From a virus (taxonomy: Duplodnaviria > Caudoviricetes): 27,320 bases of DNA. The DNA is taken from the IMG/VR virus record IMGVR_UViG_3300025647_000214, positions 1-27,320 of that record. One strand, 5' to 3'. Below, one piece after another: positions 15,518 through 24,540 of this stretch; position 1 is the first letter of the stretch; the number at the start of each line of letters is the position of its first letter. Under the pieces are notes generated by a model. The model was given only the letters and a program-made list of their open reading frames with translations, ran no database searches and was not told where the DNA came from. A program made the position numbers and the translations under genes.

Positions 15518-16248
15518 AGTGGTACAAACACGATGCAAACGCCAACGCTGATGCAAAACTTAAAAAGCTAAGAATTAAATATGGCATGGAAGGTTACGGC
15601 CTGTATTGGTATTGCCTTGAATTAATTTGTGATGGTATTGATGAAAGCAATATTAACTTCGATTTAGAACACGACTCAGAAATCATTTCACATGACACCG
15701 GCATCCACTACGAGCGGGTTCAAGAAATGATGTCATATATGGTTAAACTTGAATTATTCGAGATGAATCAAGGGGTTGTGACTTGCATGAAGATGGCTAA
15801 ACGTCTTGATAAGTCGATGACAAGCAATCCAAAAATGCGACAGTTAATTGATAAAATCAGAAACAATCATGCTGAAGTCATGATCCCGTCATGTGTTAGT
15901 CATGACTCAGTCATGCAAGATAAGACTAGACTAGATAAGAATAAACACACTACGCCTTCGGCTCCGTCATGTCCCTATCAGGACATTGTCGATGTGTATC
16001 ACGAAATATTACCTAACTTGCCAGAAGTAAAAATCCTTTCTGATAAACGAAAAAAATATCTTAAGTCTCGATGGCTTGGTTCTAAGGCTGCCCAAGAGGT
16101 TGGATGGTGGCGGGATTATTTCGAGAAGGTTTCACAGTCAGATTTTTTAATGGGTAGAACTGAAAATAAATTCCAAGCCAATTTTGAATGGCTGATTACC
16201 GAAAGTAATTTTATCAAAGTGTTGGAAGGTAACTATGAGCGCGGCTGA
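15514..16248 (+). CDS. Replication initiator (DUF4373/Lin1244-like N-terminus)
   Basis: 'WYKHD.NA..D.KLKKLR.KYGMEGYGLYW', C-terminal 'SDFLMG...ANFEWLI...NF.KVLEGNY'; precedes DnaB. Confidence 0.85.
   Translation: MKWYKHDANANADAKLKKLRIKYGMEGYGLYWYCLELICDGIDESNINFDLEHDSEIISHDTGIHYERVQEMMSYMVKLELFEMNQGVVTCMKMAKRLDKSMTSNPKMRQLIDKIRNNHAEVMIPSCVSHDSVMQDKTRLDKNKHTTPSAPSCPYQDIVDVYHEILPNLPEVKILSDKRKKYLKSRWLGSKAAQEVGWWRDYFEKVSQSDFLMGRTENKFQANFEWLITESNFIKVLEGNYERG
15867..15945. other. Putative replication origin (iterons plus A-rich tract)
   Basis: TCATG at 15867, 15878, 15889, 15900 and 15911 (exact 11-bp period), then GATAAGACTAGACTAGATAAGAATAAA, inside the initiator gene. Confidence 0.7.
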
Positions 16249-17590
16249 ACAAAATGTGATTGGTGGGTTGATGCTCTTGGGCGATCTCTCTGGCGATTCT
16301 GCTCAGAAGGTGATCGGCATGTTGACCCCTTCGTCATTCTCTGATGTTGACCTTGGCATTGCTTTCGAGGCCATTGGTCGCATTGCTGAAAGAAACGGCA
16401 GCGCGGATATGTTTACCGTTGATGCTGAGAGTAAACAAGATAAGCGTTATCGCGCAAACAGCATGGATTATCTAGCAGAGGTTTCTAGCAATGTGCCTAG
16501 CTCTGCCAACATCGTGAGCTATGCCGAGCTGGTTAGGTGTGACGCGGTTGAACGATATGCGGTATCAACATTGAACAACGCTATTGCCACAATCACCGAT
16601 AGATCGAACGGCGATATTTACCAACGGCTAGGGCTGGCTGAGTCGCAACTGTCAGCCATTCAAGATCGCGCCATACGCAACAAAACACAGGGTTTAAGAC
16701 ACGCGAAAGATGTGGGAAGGGATTGGTTGTCTGAGGTCGAGAACAGGCTAGAAGGCAAGACACGGGGCTTTACGCTGGGCATTGATGCACTTGACCGGAT
16801 GTTATATCCCAAGCGTGTGCCGGCGGGTTCATTGGTTGTCGTTGGTGCGCGTCCAAAGATGGGTAAGACGGCCATGCTCACACACATTGCTTTGCACTAC
16901 GCCTTAGACCGGAAAGAGGCGGTCGCGGTGTTTAGCTTGGAAATGCCAGAGGCTCAGATTTATGAACGGATGATGGTTAATCAATCCCATGTAAACCCAG
17001 AGATATTTTATCGCGCTGCAAGGGATGCTGACGACTGGCAGTCCGTTTGCAAGGCCGCTGGTAGTTTTAACGAATCACAGCTTCACATCGACGACACGCC
17101 AGGAATAAGAATTGCTCATGTCTTGAAAGAGGCCAGAAAGCTCAACAGAAAACACAAGGTTGGGCTGGTTGCGGTTGATTACCTAACCCTAATGGAAGCC
17201 AGTGGAGCAGAGCGAAACGATATTGGTTATGGGCAGATCACTAAAGCCCTCAAGAACCTAGCCAAAGAATTAGACTGCGTTGTTTTGATGCTGACCCAGT
17301 TAAATCGCCAGCTTGAAACCAGAGCATGCAAACGGCCACAGCCATCAGATTCAAGAGACACAGGACAGATCGAGCAAGACTGCGATTTATGGATAGGCTT
17401 GTATCGAGAGGGCGCTTATGCCGTTACCCCTAACGACAGTCTGACAGAAGCCATTGTTCGACTAAACCGACACGGAAAAACAGGGACGGTCTATTTCGAT
17501 TTGATTGACGGGACGGTGCGAGAGACAGACCAAGACTCTGCCGCCGCTGCGTCTGAACAGCCACAGAAAGCCAAACGCCTTTCCTACTAG
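16235..17590 (+). CDS. dnaB: Replicative DNA helicase
   Basis: GARPKMGKT, FSLEM, VDYLTLM, LKNLAKEL, QLNR, SDSRDTGQIEQDCD, NRHG. Confidence 0.96.
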   Translation: MSAAEQNVIGGLMLLGDLSGDSAQKVIGMLTPSSFSDVDLGIAFEAIGRIAERNGSADMFTVDAESKQDKRYRANSMDYLAEVSSNVPSSANIVSYAELVRCDAVERYAVSTLNNAIATITDRSNGDIYQRLGLAESQLSAIQDRAIRNKTQGLRHAKDVGRDWLSEVENRLEGKTRGFTLGIDALDRMLYPKRVPAGSLVVVGARPKMGKTAMLTHIALHYALDRKEAVAVFSLEMPEAQIYERMMVNQSHVNPEIFYRAARDADDWQSVCKAAGSFNESQLHIDDTPGIRIAHVLKEARKLNRKHKVGLVAVDYLTLMEASGAERNDIGYGQITKALKNLAKELDCVVLMLTQLNRQLETRACKRPQPSDSRDTGQIEQDCDLWIGLYREGAYAVTPNDSLTEAIVRLNRHGKTGTVYFDLIDGTVRETDQDSAAAASEQPQKAKRLSY

Positions 17591-17601
17591 GAGCTATTCG
17601 C

Positions 17602-17883
17602 ATGAGTGAACACCTAAAAACCTGCATTGAGTGTGACGAAGAAAAACCACTGGTTGAGTTTGATGCCCACCCACTGAGACTGAACTACAGCCGGTGCAGG
17701 CAGTGCTTTCCGGCGGCAAGGCTGGAAACGGTTAAGGACGCTATCACTGCTGCCTGTGCTGCTAAATATCCGGGAAAGATATACGAGAGAGTGCTTGGTA
17801 TCGTCAACGGTCAAAGTCATTGGGAGAAGGTGCAAAACAGAACGCTAGATACTCTTTTGATTAAAAAGCTGTTGGCGGCATGA
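17602..17883 (+). CDS. Hypothetical Zn-finger-like protein
   Basis: AGGAG RBS; CxxC...K...F...CxxC. Confidence 0.7.
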   Translation: MSEHLKTCIECDEEKPLVEFDAHPLRLNYSRCRQCFPAARLETVKDAITAACAAKYPGKIYERVLGIVNGQSHWEKVQNRTLDTLLIKKLLAA

Positions 17884-18111
17884 GTGGAACAGCCCAGCAA
17901 GAAATCACCGGGGGATCTCAGGCGAATGACCGAGGGAATGAGGGTGGAGTTCCTAAAACTACCTTCGACCCGTTCGCATTATGGGCTGGTGGCTTGGAAG
18001 CCTTTTGCCGCTCAGATAATGAACATGCCGAAAGACGCAGCCATTCAGATCGACATGAAGGTCGTCAAGATAATCAAGGCGCAGAAGGGGTGGGGATATG
18101 AAGCTAAGTAG
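17884..18111 (+). CDS. Hypothetical protein
   Basis: Fills the gap in the operon; the alternative frame 17880-18101 cannot be excluded. Confidence 0.45.
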   Translation: MEQPSKKSPGDLRRMTEGMRVEFLKLPSTRSHYGLVAWKPFAAQIMNMPKDAAIQIDMKVVKIIKAQKGWGYEAK

Positions 18112-18241
18112 TTTGGCGTTTTTTGTTTGTATAGTGCTGGCGACATTTCATTTAGTGCTGGGGGACACTGCGACCACCACCGTTTATGCCGCAGCGGGCC
18201 TAGTGATGATTTTCGTTGAGCTGACGAAAAGGGATATGTGA
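18098..18241 (+). CDS. 47-aa protein with two hydrophobic segments
   Basis: Manual translation MKLSSLAFFVCIVLATFHLVLG...VYAAAGLVMIFVEL. Confidence 0.5.
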   Translation: MKLSSLAFFVCIVLATFHLVLGDTATTTVYAAAGLVMIFVELTKRDM

Positions 18242-18655
18242 TTGAGGGCCATCTTCAGGCGTGAAGGCAACACTCTTGTCCCTGCTTGCCAGAATGCAGT
18301 CAAGGTTTTGGCTCAGATTGGCGATAGGGGGGAAGGGTTGATTGATTACACCCAAGGCAGGAACGCTGGCAACCATCGACGCTTTTTCGCCTTCGTTAAC
18401 CTTACGTTTGATATGCAAGAAGGGTTCGATGATCCAGAGGTATGGCGCAAATTTCTAGAAATGTGTGCTGGCCATTTTAACGAAGTTATATCACCCAAGA
18501 CAGGAGAGAAGATGTTCATTGCTAAATCAATCGAATGGGGCCAGTTGGGTGAAGGCGAGTTTCGGGAATTGTTTGGCCGCGTCATTCAGGCGTTTATAGA
18601 CAGGTACGGCCAAGGGATAACCAAAGAACAGTTAGATATGGTTGTGGGGTTTTAG
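18242..18655 (+). CDS. DUF1367-like nin-region protein
   Basis: 'RN..NHRRFFA...AGHF...KSI.W...EFRELF'. Confidence 0.75.
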   Translation: MRAIFRREGNTLVPACQNAVKVLAQIGDRGEGLIDYTQGRNAGNHRRFFAFVNLTFDMQEGFDDPEVWRKFLEMCAGHFNEVISPKTGEKMFIAKSIEWGQLGEGEFRELFGRVIQAFIDRYGQGITKEQLDMVVGF

Positions 18656-18742
18656 GATGACAAAGCTAAAAAAACTTGAAAGGGTAGATCATCACAGCCA
18701 ACAACGCCGGAATAATTAATGATATGAGAGAGGCGATTATCA

Positions 18743-18931
18743 ATGACAATTGAAGAGTTGGCAGTGAAAAAGAAAATGGTCGAGTTTGAGATAACAGGAA
18801 TACTGGCCCAGTTCTTTTCCGAGACAGGTGTTGGTGTTTCTGGCGCGGCCTTGTCCGTTCAGGAGCAAGGGGGCATTGGCGGTGGAGGTGATGGCTGTGC
18901 TGCGACTTGTCGTATAGAGCTGGATTTTTAA
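18743..18931 (+). CDS. Hypothetical protein
   Basis: GAGG RBS; TAATG coupling to ninG. Confidence 0.55.
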   Translation: MTIEELAVKKKMVEFEITGILAQFFSETGVGVSGAALSVQEQGGIGGGGDGCAATCRIELDF

Positions 18932-19350
18932 TGGCTAAGAAGAAAAAAACTATAGCCCAAGCAGTAGATGCAGCCGCCACCAAACTACAGAAACTGGTCA
19001 GGCTTAAAGCCGCTAATGAGAATGGTTTGGTTCAGTGTGTAACCTGTTCTAAATGGGCGCACTGGAAAGACATGCAGGGTGGCCACTTCATATCTCGTGG
19101 ATCAAAGCGTTGGAAGCTGGTAGAGGAAAACGTACACACTCAATGCCCCGGATGTAATGGCTTTGGAATGAAGTATGGAAACGCTGAAGCAGTCTACACA
19201 GCTTACATGATTGATATGTACGGCCGTGATTTTGTTGATGAAATGCTGAGAACGAAGGGCGAGCCAAAAAAGTTTACTTGGGCTGAAGTTGAGGAAATAG
19301 ACGCTGAGTTTTCAGCCTTAATCAAGCACCACGAGAAGAGGGTTGTATGA
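18931..19350 (+). CDS. ninG: NinG/Rap family recombination endonuclease
   Basis: 'CVTC...MQGGHFISR...ENVHTQCPGCN...YG'. Confidence 0.85.
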   Translation: MAKKKKTIAQAVDAAATKLQKLVRLKAANENGLVQCVTCSKWAHWKDMQGGHFISRGSKRWKLVEENVHTQCPGCNGFGMKYGNAEAVYTAYMIDMYGRDFVDEMLRTKGEPKKFTWAEVEEIDAEFSALIKHHEKRVV

Positions 19351-19433
19351 GGAAACATTTAATGATTCCAGACATGCAGGTTAAGCCGGGGCGGCATGAG
19401 CGAATATTCATTCGGAAATTATTTTCCAGATAA
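19347..19433 (+). pseudogene. Stub of a phage metallophosphoesterase gene
   Basis: ATGA-coupled MRKHLMIPDMQVKPG, then unrelated sequence and a stop after 28 aa. Confidence 0.55.
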
Positions 19434-19443
19434 GGAGATAACT

Positions 19444-19737
19444 ATGGATCAAGAAAGTTTAGTTGGGGTAGAGGAAATTCTGGCCCAAAGGGGGGAAGAC
19501 TACGGCAGCTTTATTGATGGCGCATTCATCATGCAGTCGATAAAACAGATCATGTTTGATTCTCCAAACTGGAAAGACCTCTGGCCCGACCAGAAAGAAT
19601 CAATGGAGATGTTCGCGTCGAAAATTGGCAGATTATTAAATGGCGACCCGGATCATTTGGACTCTTGGCGAGACATTGAGGGGTACGCGAGGCTAGTCAC
19701 AAACAGACTAAAAGGTGAAGACAATGAACGACAGTAG
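19444..19737 (+). CDS. DUF6378-like protein
   Basis: AAGGAG RBS; 'RG.DYG.F...KIGRLLNGDPDHLDSWRDIEGYA.L'. Confidence 0.75.
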   Translation: MDQESLVGVEEILAQRGEDYGSFIDGAFIMQSIKQIMFDSPNWKDLWPDQKESMEMFASKIGRLLNGDPDHLDSWRDIEGYARLVTNRLKGEDNERQ

Positions 19738-19873
19738 AAGGCCAACAGATGAAAAGAAGTACGGCGATAACTGGGACAAAATCTTCAGTAAGAAAAAGCG
19801 GACGTTTGCCGATTTTATTAGCAGGGCGGAGAGAGAAGAAAGCGTAAACAGTCAAGCCGAGAAGCAAGTTTAA
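19724..19873 (+). CDS. 49-aa small phage protein ('RP...KY.DNWDKIF')
   Basis: Manual translation; AGGTG RBS. Confidence 0.6.
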   Translation: MNDSRRPTDEKKYGDNWDKIFSKKKRTFADFISRAEREESVNSQAEKQV

Positions 19874-19881
19874 ACCTTTTA

Positions 19882-20451
19882 ATGGGAACCTATATGTCCA
19901 CATATTCCGCATTTGATATACCCCTGCGCAGTGGCAGACAGATATGGTGGGAGTGGTCAAGGTGTTCATCGCCAGAAAAGGGGATGGTTAGAGTTCAAAC
20001 GTCAGGAGGCAGAATATTGCCTCGTTATGAAAAGGGCATCGGGACTGTAATTAACGGCCTTCCTCGCTTGTATCAAGATATTGGTAATTATCTTTGGTCT
20101 GAGAGGGTAGAGTTAGACAAGCGCCTTGATCTCTTGATTGAGCAAAACCTGTACTGCTATCTAAGTGCTACTGTGAAGGCGCAACCCAGAAAGCAGGTGT
20201 GGAAGGTTAACACCGAGACATTGATGCGCCATGCTATTCAGGATTGCCGTTGGAACAACCAAGTACAGACACGCGAGGGCAGCCGTTACACGAAAGAGCA
20301 GCTAGGATTGGTGCTCGGGTGCTCCGCAGATACGTTTAGAAAAGACCATAATGAGAAGTGGAATTTTCTACGCGACAATCTCACTGTATGGATGAACAGT
20401 GCAGAGCAGCCGCTGTATGATTGGATGAGAAGGTTAAAAGATGCGGCATAA
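19882..20451 (+). CDS. Putative late antiterminator (Q-like)
   Basis: Last delayed-early gene before a promoter/terminator pair and lysis genes; C-terminal HTH-like segment. Positional inference. Confidence 0.5.
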   Translation: MGTYMSTYSAFDIPLRSGRQIWWEWSRCSSPEKGMVRVQTSGGRILPRYEKGIGTVINGLPRLYQDIGNYLWSERVELDKRLDLLIEQNLYCYLSATVKAQPRKQVWKVNTETLMRHAIQDCRWNNQVQTREGSRYTKEQLGLVLGCSADTFRKDHNEKWNFLRDNLTVWMNSAEQPLYDWMRRLKDAA

Positions 20452-20464
20452 CGACCAGCACAGG
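20446..20464 (-). repeat. attC-like half site (L'-spacer-R')
   Basis: Minus strand CCTGTGC TGGTC GTTATGC resembles the ends of A5 and A9; contains the TAA of the Q-like gene. Confidence 0.4.
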
Positions 20465-20630
20465 GGCGAGCAAGAGAAATTGTAGAGCGAGCATATCGGC
20501 AATTACGGCATTCAAGCGTGTACAACGGTCGAAGGCAATAGAGCTATAGTGGCGTGTTAATAACTAAGCGCCGCTTATTGGGCCAGATGTGACTGTTTGC
20601 GCTACTGTTTAAAAACACATGCTGTATGTA

Positions 20631-20660
20631 TTGACAGTCCCCCCCCCACTATGCGACACT
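20631..20660 (+). promoter_or_regulatory. Late promoter (PR'-like)
   Basis: TTGACA-18bp-GACACT with an extended TG; C9 run in the spacer. Confidence 0.6.
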
Positions 20661-20692
20661 ATTTCCTAGTGTCGAGTTCCGAGCACAGAGAT

Positions 20693-20717
20693 AAACCAGC
20701 CTAGTGCTGGTTTTTTT
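20693..20717 (+). terminator. tR'-like terminator
   Basis: AAACCAGC-CTAGT-GCTGG followed by TTTTTTT, just after the late promoter. Confidence 0.8.
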
Positions 20718-20745
20718 GTGCCTGTAAAAAAACTAAGGATAAAGC

Positions 20746-20991
20746 ATGGATGTAGGCCACGAACAGACAGTCATAGCCGTTGGGCATAAAACAGCCCAGC
20801 TTGGCGGTGGTCTAGCCCTTGGTTCTGGTGTCACGGCGAAGTTAGCTGAGAATTATGACGCAATAGCCAGTTTAGGTGTTTTGGTTGGTATTGCTGTTGG
20901 TGTGTTTGGGTTGTTTGTTCAACTCCACTACCAAAAGAAACGCGACAAGCGAGAACAGCTATTGCACGATCGCAGAATGAGAAATGGCTAG
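20746..20991 (+). CDS. Putative holin
   Basis: Small, 1-2 hydrophobic segments, basic C-terminus, directly before the endolysin. Confidence 0.7.
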   Translation: MDVGHEQTVIAVGHKTAQLGGGLALGSGVTAKLAENYDAIASLGVLVGIAVGVFGLFVQLHYQKKRDKREQLLHDRRMRNG

Positions 20992-21397
20992 TTTTAGTCA
21001 AGCATCACAAGACAGGCTCGACACCTGCCACACAGATTTAATTGTTTTGTTCGAAGAGGTAGTAAAGCATTTTGATTGCTCTGTGATTTGTGGGCATCGT
21101 GGACAAAGAGAACAAATGGCCGCTTACCTAGAAAACAACACACAAACACGGTGGCCAGATTCTAGACACAACTCAGAGCCTTCTATGGCGGCTGATGTTG
21201 CCCCTTACCCAATAGATTGGAATGACCGAGAACGATTCACGTTGTTTGCAGGTTACGTTTTGGGGATAGCGTCAGCACTTAAAGCGCAAGGACGAATATC
21301 CCACCAGATCAGGTGGGGCGGTGATTGGAATATGAGCAACAAAGTAAGTGATAACAAGTTTGATGACTTGGTTCATTTTGAGTTGAGTGGAGGTTGA
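20984..21397 (+). CDS. Endolysin, peptidase M15 family (T5 Lys-like)
   Basis: 'GHR...SRH...S.A.D..P...RWGGDW...D..HFEL'. Confidence 0.9.
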   Translation: MASFSQASQDRLDTCHTDLIVLFEEVVKHFDCSVICGHRGQREQMAAYLENNTQTRWPDSRHNSEPSMAADVAPYPIDWNDRERFTLFAGYVLGIASALKAQGRISHQIRWGGDWNMSNKVSDNKFDDLVHFELSGG

Positions 21398-21400
21398 TGA

Positions 21401-22036
21401 ATGTCAATAGCTGCTATTCACCTCCATGGATATAACGTTGAAGATTACAGAAACAGTTCCGGCCAGATAGACCAAGCCTTTAAGAATGCAGGCATAGACT
21501 CTCGTGTTCTGGTTTATCACGCCGATAATGTGCGCGAAGCCAGAGAGATGAACGCTGACACAGCACACAGGCTATCAACACTGATTCACTATTTTCAAGA
21601 GAGGGGCCACACCGTCATTGTGACTGCCCATTCTAACGGCAATACCGTTATGCGGCTGTGCTACGACCTTTATCAAACTAGTCCCGATATCGCGGTGTGT
21701 ATTCAGCCCGCTTTACCTTCAGCCATGAACCCAGCACCAGATGCCAAGCATGTCGCTGTTTACTGGAATCCAGAAGATAGGGTGGTGAAGCTAGGAAAAT
21801 TTTTAACCTGGATTACTGGACTGTTTTCCTCTAAGTGGGTAGCGGAACGAAATTGGGGCCAAATGGGAGCAACAGGATATGTGGGAAGCGATAAAAATGT
21901 GGACAACATTAACACGCTGGACGCTCACCACCCCCGTAGAGCTGGTGGCCATAGCGGTATATTTGATCAGCGGGTTGCGGGTTACTGGATGAGCCTTATC
22001 ACGAAAGATGCTTTCGAGAGGGCCGCCCAGTTATGA
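21401..22036 (+). CDS. Alpha/beta hydrolase
   Basis: 'HLHGYN' oxyanion motif, AHSNG nucleophile elbow, 'NPEDRVV' Asp, 'GHS' His. Confidence 0.75.
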   Translation: MSIAAIHLHGYNVEDYRNSSGQIDQAFKNAGIDSRVLVYHADNVREAREMNADTAHRLSTLIHYFQERGHTVIVTAHSNGNTVMRLCYDLYQTSPDIAVCIQPALPSAMNPAPDAKHVAVYWNPEDRVVKLGKFLTWITGLFSSKWVAERNWGQMGATGYVGSDKNVDNINTLDAHHPRRAGGHSGIFDQRVAGYWMSLITKDAFERAAQL

Positions 22037-24540
22037 GGCTAATTTTTACCTGCTTGTTACTCCTGTCATTTGCTGTGTCTGCCGAGGTAGAGCAGTCTTG
22101 GCCTAACCTCATTATTGCTGACGAGGGTGGCGTGCCTATTGACGGCGTTCCGGGGTCTACAACGCGGGTGAACGCACTTGAGAAGGTGTTGAACCTTCCC
22201 TATGGGACTTACAAAGTTATCCGGCCTGACGCAACTATCACAACGTCAGAAGATGTGGTCATTCCACCAGTTGTCGAACCACCAGTTGTTGAGCCGCCTA
22301 TAGAGCCGCCTATAGAGCCGCCAGCAGAGCCGCCTATTGTTACACCAACAGATGATATTTCAGTGGTTTACAGCCGTGTTCCCCGCACTGTTGGGCCTCA
22401 TACCGTTGCCACTAAAACGGGCGAGTTGGTTTTAAACAACGCCGAAGTGTGGGATGTATTACCCGAGGTTGCTACCCAGTTCTACGGCTTTAATGCGCCC
22501 GGTCAGTTGATGTTGCAGCATTCAGATGACAGTGAAGAATTACTATACGACTGCTTTGATAAAGCCCGACCCTGTGTGCCGTTTGATGCTATGCCATCAC
22601 TGGATGGTAAACACATAGCCTTTGCTGTGTACAGTGCCGACAACCTTGTGAACGCGTGGAGCAATGGGGTTACCTTACCCAACGTTCAATTGGGCAGTCA
22701 GAATGCCGACTCCCGCATTTATGTTATTAACGTTGAAACAAAAGAATTAATCGCTTGGCCTCATACGCCTGGGGATAGAGATACCAGCCCTGTCTGGTTG
22801 CCTGATGGTCGGCTCATGTTTACCAGCACACGCAATGGGCAATGGCGACCTTGGTTAAACAAAATTACACCGATGGCCAAGCAAGACCCCCGGTTGTTTA
22901 CGGCCTTGCCCGATGGCTCGGATGTAGTGGATATAAGCCCACACGAGGTGGGTGGGGCCATGCACCCCTTTGTATTCTCCAATGGGCGTGTTGGATATAA
23001 CTCATTGTGGTATAGCCACAACCTGACCTATGTTGGCAATAATGGCAGTATTAATTGGCCTACCACATTAAATAATATGTGGATGATGGCTGATATTCTC
23101 CAAGATGGATCAGATTATAAAGCCCTGTTGGGCGGTCATAAAAACGCCTATCGAGATTCCAGAGGCAGAACCAAAACCCAGAAAGCCCTGCATTTTATTG
23201 GGCAGAGAGAGAATGGGGATGCTTGCATAGGTAGTTATTACCGAGCCAACAATCATGGATTAGGTGATATAGCTTGTTTCCCTTTCGAGCCTGCCGGTGT
23301 AGAAGGCCCAGCCCCGGACTTTTTGCCTACAGGCATTTACAGTGTCGCGTCTTGGAGTAAGTCAAACGATGAGCCAAGCCGCAAAGATGCTAACGGTGTG
23401 CGTCAGGGCAAGATTGGGTTCCCCGATGGTTACGCGGATAACCAGCTCCTATTAACTGTTTGCAGCGGCTACTGTACCAAGGTGGCGACGTCCCCGCCGT
23501 TTATTGATGGGCAGGTAGGTGATGATATTGGCTCAAGTATAGGGCTGTATAAAACCACAGTGATTCCTAGCGAAAACATGGACGATTTAGAGGTGGTTGT
23601 TGATCACCCTGATTGGCATGAATTCAATGGTCGAATAGTTAGGCCGAGAGTTATTCAAACAGCCGCGCTATCGCAGACAGATGACGGGTCATGTCAAGTG
23701 ATCAGTTCAGATGCCGGGGCCACAGATGCCCACGACTTTAACGACTCATCGTTTAATCGCCGATACCGCGCAATGGCGAATAATGGCGGCGAGATTAAGG
23801 GCTTAGACCATTCAGAGGTTCAAGCTATTCGGTTTTATGAAGTATTGCCGAATCTCGACAAAAGCCCAGACTTTAAGAACTCCATTGGTAACGTTGTGAA
23901 ATTACTGGGGGATGCCCCTTTATTGGCTGACAACTCTTTCAAGGTTGAGCTACCTTGTGATATGCCGTACCTCATGGCCGGTGTGGACAAAGACGGTTTA
24001 ATTATTAAGCGCGATCAATTGCCTCAGTCATTAAGACCGGGTGAAAAGCGAGTGTGTACTGGATGCCATTTGCATGGTGAAGAGGGTAGACCTTACGAGC
24101 AATCATTGGCGTTTGCCGCCCCACCTTTACCGTTGGTTTTGCCTACCGCTGTGCCTACGTTTGAAAAAGACATTAAGCCCATATTCGAGGGTAAATGTGC
24201 TGGGTGCCATACCGTCGATTTGCCGGTTTTAGACTATGACAAACTGGTGTGGGATTACCTGCAAGAGTTTGTGCCAGATGACAGAAAGCATGTAGCAGAA
24301 AACACCACCAACCTGAAGAAAAAATACGGGTTACAGCGCCCTAATACCAGCAAGTATGTGAATACGATGTTTGCGCGTGAAAGCCTGCTGTATTGGAAAG
24401 CTGCGAACAAAAGAACGGACGGCAGGACAGATGACACTTATGCTGATGATATTGATTTTGGTGTAGATCACCCAACAACCCTGACGGCTATAGAGCTAAG
24501 AGCTGTGGGCGAATGGTTAGATGGTGGAGCGGCTAGATAG
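22033..24540 (+). CDS. Secreted HzsA-related beta-propeller protein with two c-type heme motifs
   Basis: Signal peptide, Pro-rich linker, PD40-like 'D.SPVWLPDGRLMFTSTR', 'LRPGEKRVCTGCH', 'KCAGCH'. Confidence 0.7.
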   Translation: MRLIFTCLLLLSFAVSAEVEQSWPNLIIADEGGVPIDGVPGSTTRVNALEKVLNLPYGTYKVIRPDATITTSEDVVIPPVVEPPVVEPPIEPPIEPPAEPPIVTPTDDISVVYSRVPRTVGPHTVATKTGELVLNNAEVWDVLPEVATQFYGFNAPGQLMLQHSDDSEELLYDCFDKARPCVPFDAMPSLDGKHIAFAVYSADNLVNAWSNGVTLPNVQLGSQNADSRIYVINVETKELIAWPHTPGDRDTSPVWLPDGRLMFTSTRNGQWRPWLNKITPMAKQDPRLFTALPDGSDVVDISPHEVGGAMHPFVFSNGRVGYNSLWYSHNLTYVGNNGSINWPTTLNNMWMMADILQDGSDYKALLGGHKNAYRDSRGRTKTQKALHFIGQRENGDACIGSYYRANNHGLGDIACFPFEPAGVEGPAPDFLPTGIYSVASWSKSNDEPSRKDANGVRQGKIGFPDGYADNQLLLTVCSGYCTKVATSPPFIDGQVGDDIGSSIGLYKTTVIPSENMDDLEVVVDHPDWHEFNGRIVRPRVIQTAALSQTDDGSCQVISSDAGATDAHDFNDSSFNRRYRAMANNGGEIKGLDHSEVQAIRFYEVLPNLDKSPDFKNSIGNVVKLLGDAPLLADNSFKVELPCDMPYLMAGVDKDGLIIKRDQLPQSLRPGEKRVCTGCHLHGEEGRPYEQSLAFAAPPLPLVLPTAVPTFEKDIKPIFEGKCAGCHTVDLPVLDYDKLVWDYLQEFVPDDRKHVAENTTNLKKKYGLQRPNTSKYVNTMFARESLLYWKAANKRTDGRTDDTYADDIDFGVDHPTTLTAIELRAVGEWLDGGAAR
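22255..22341 (+). repeat. Pro-rich coding tandem repeats (PPVVE/PPIE)
   Basis: Repeated CCACCAGTTGT and GAGCCGCCTATA units. Confidence 0.85.
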
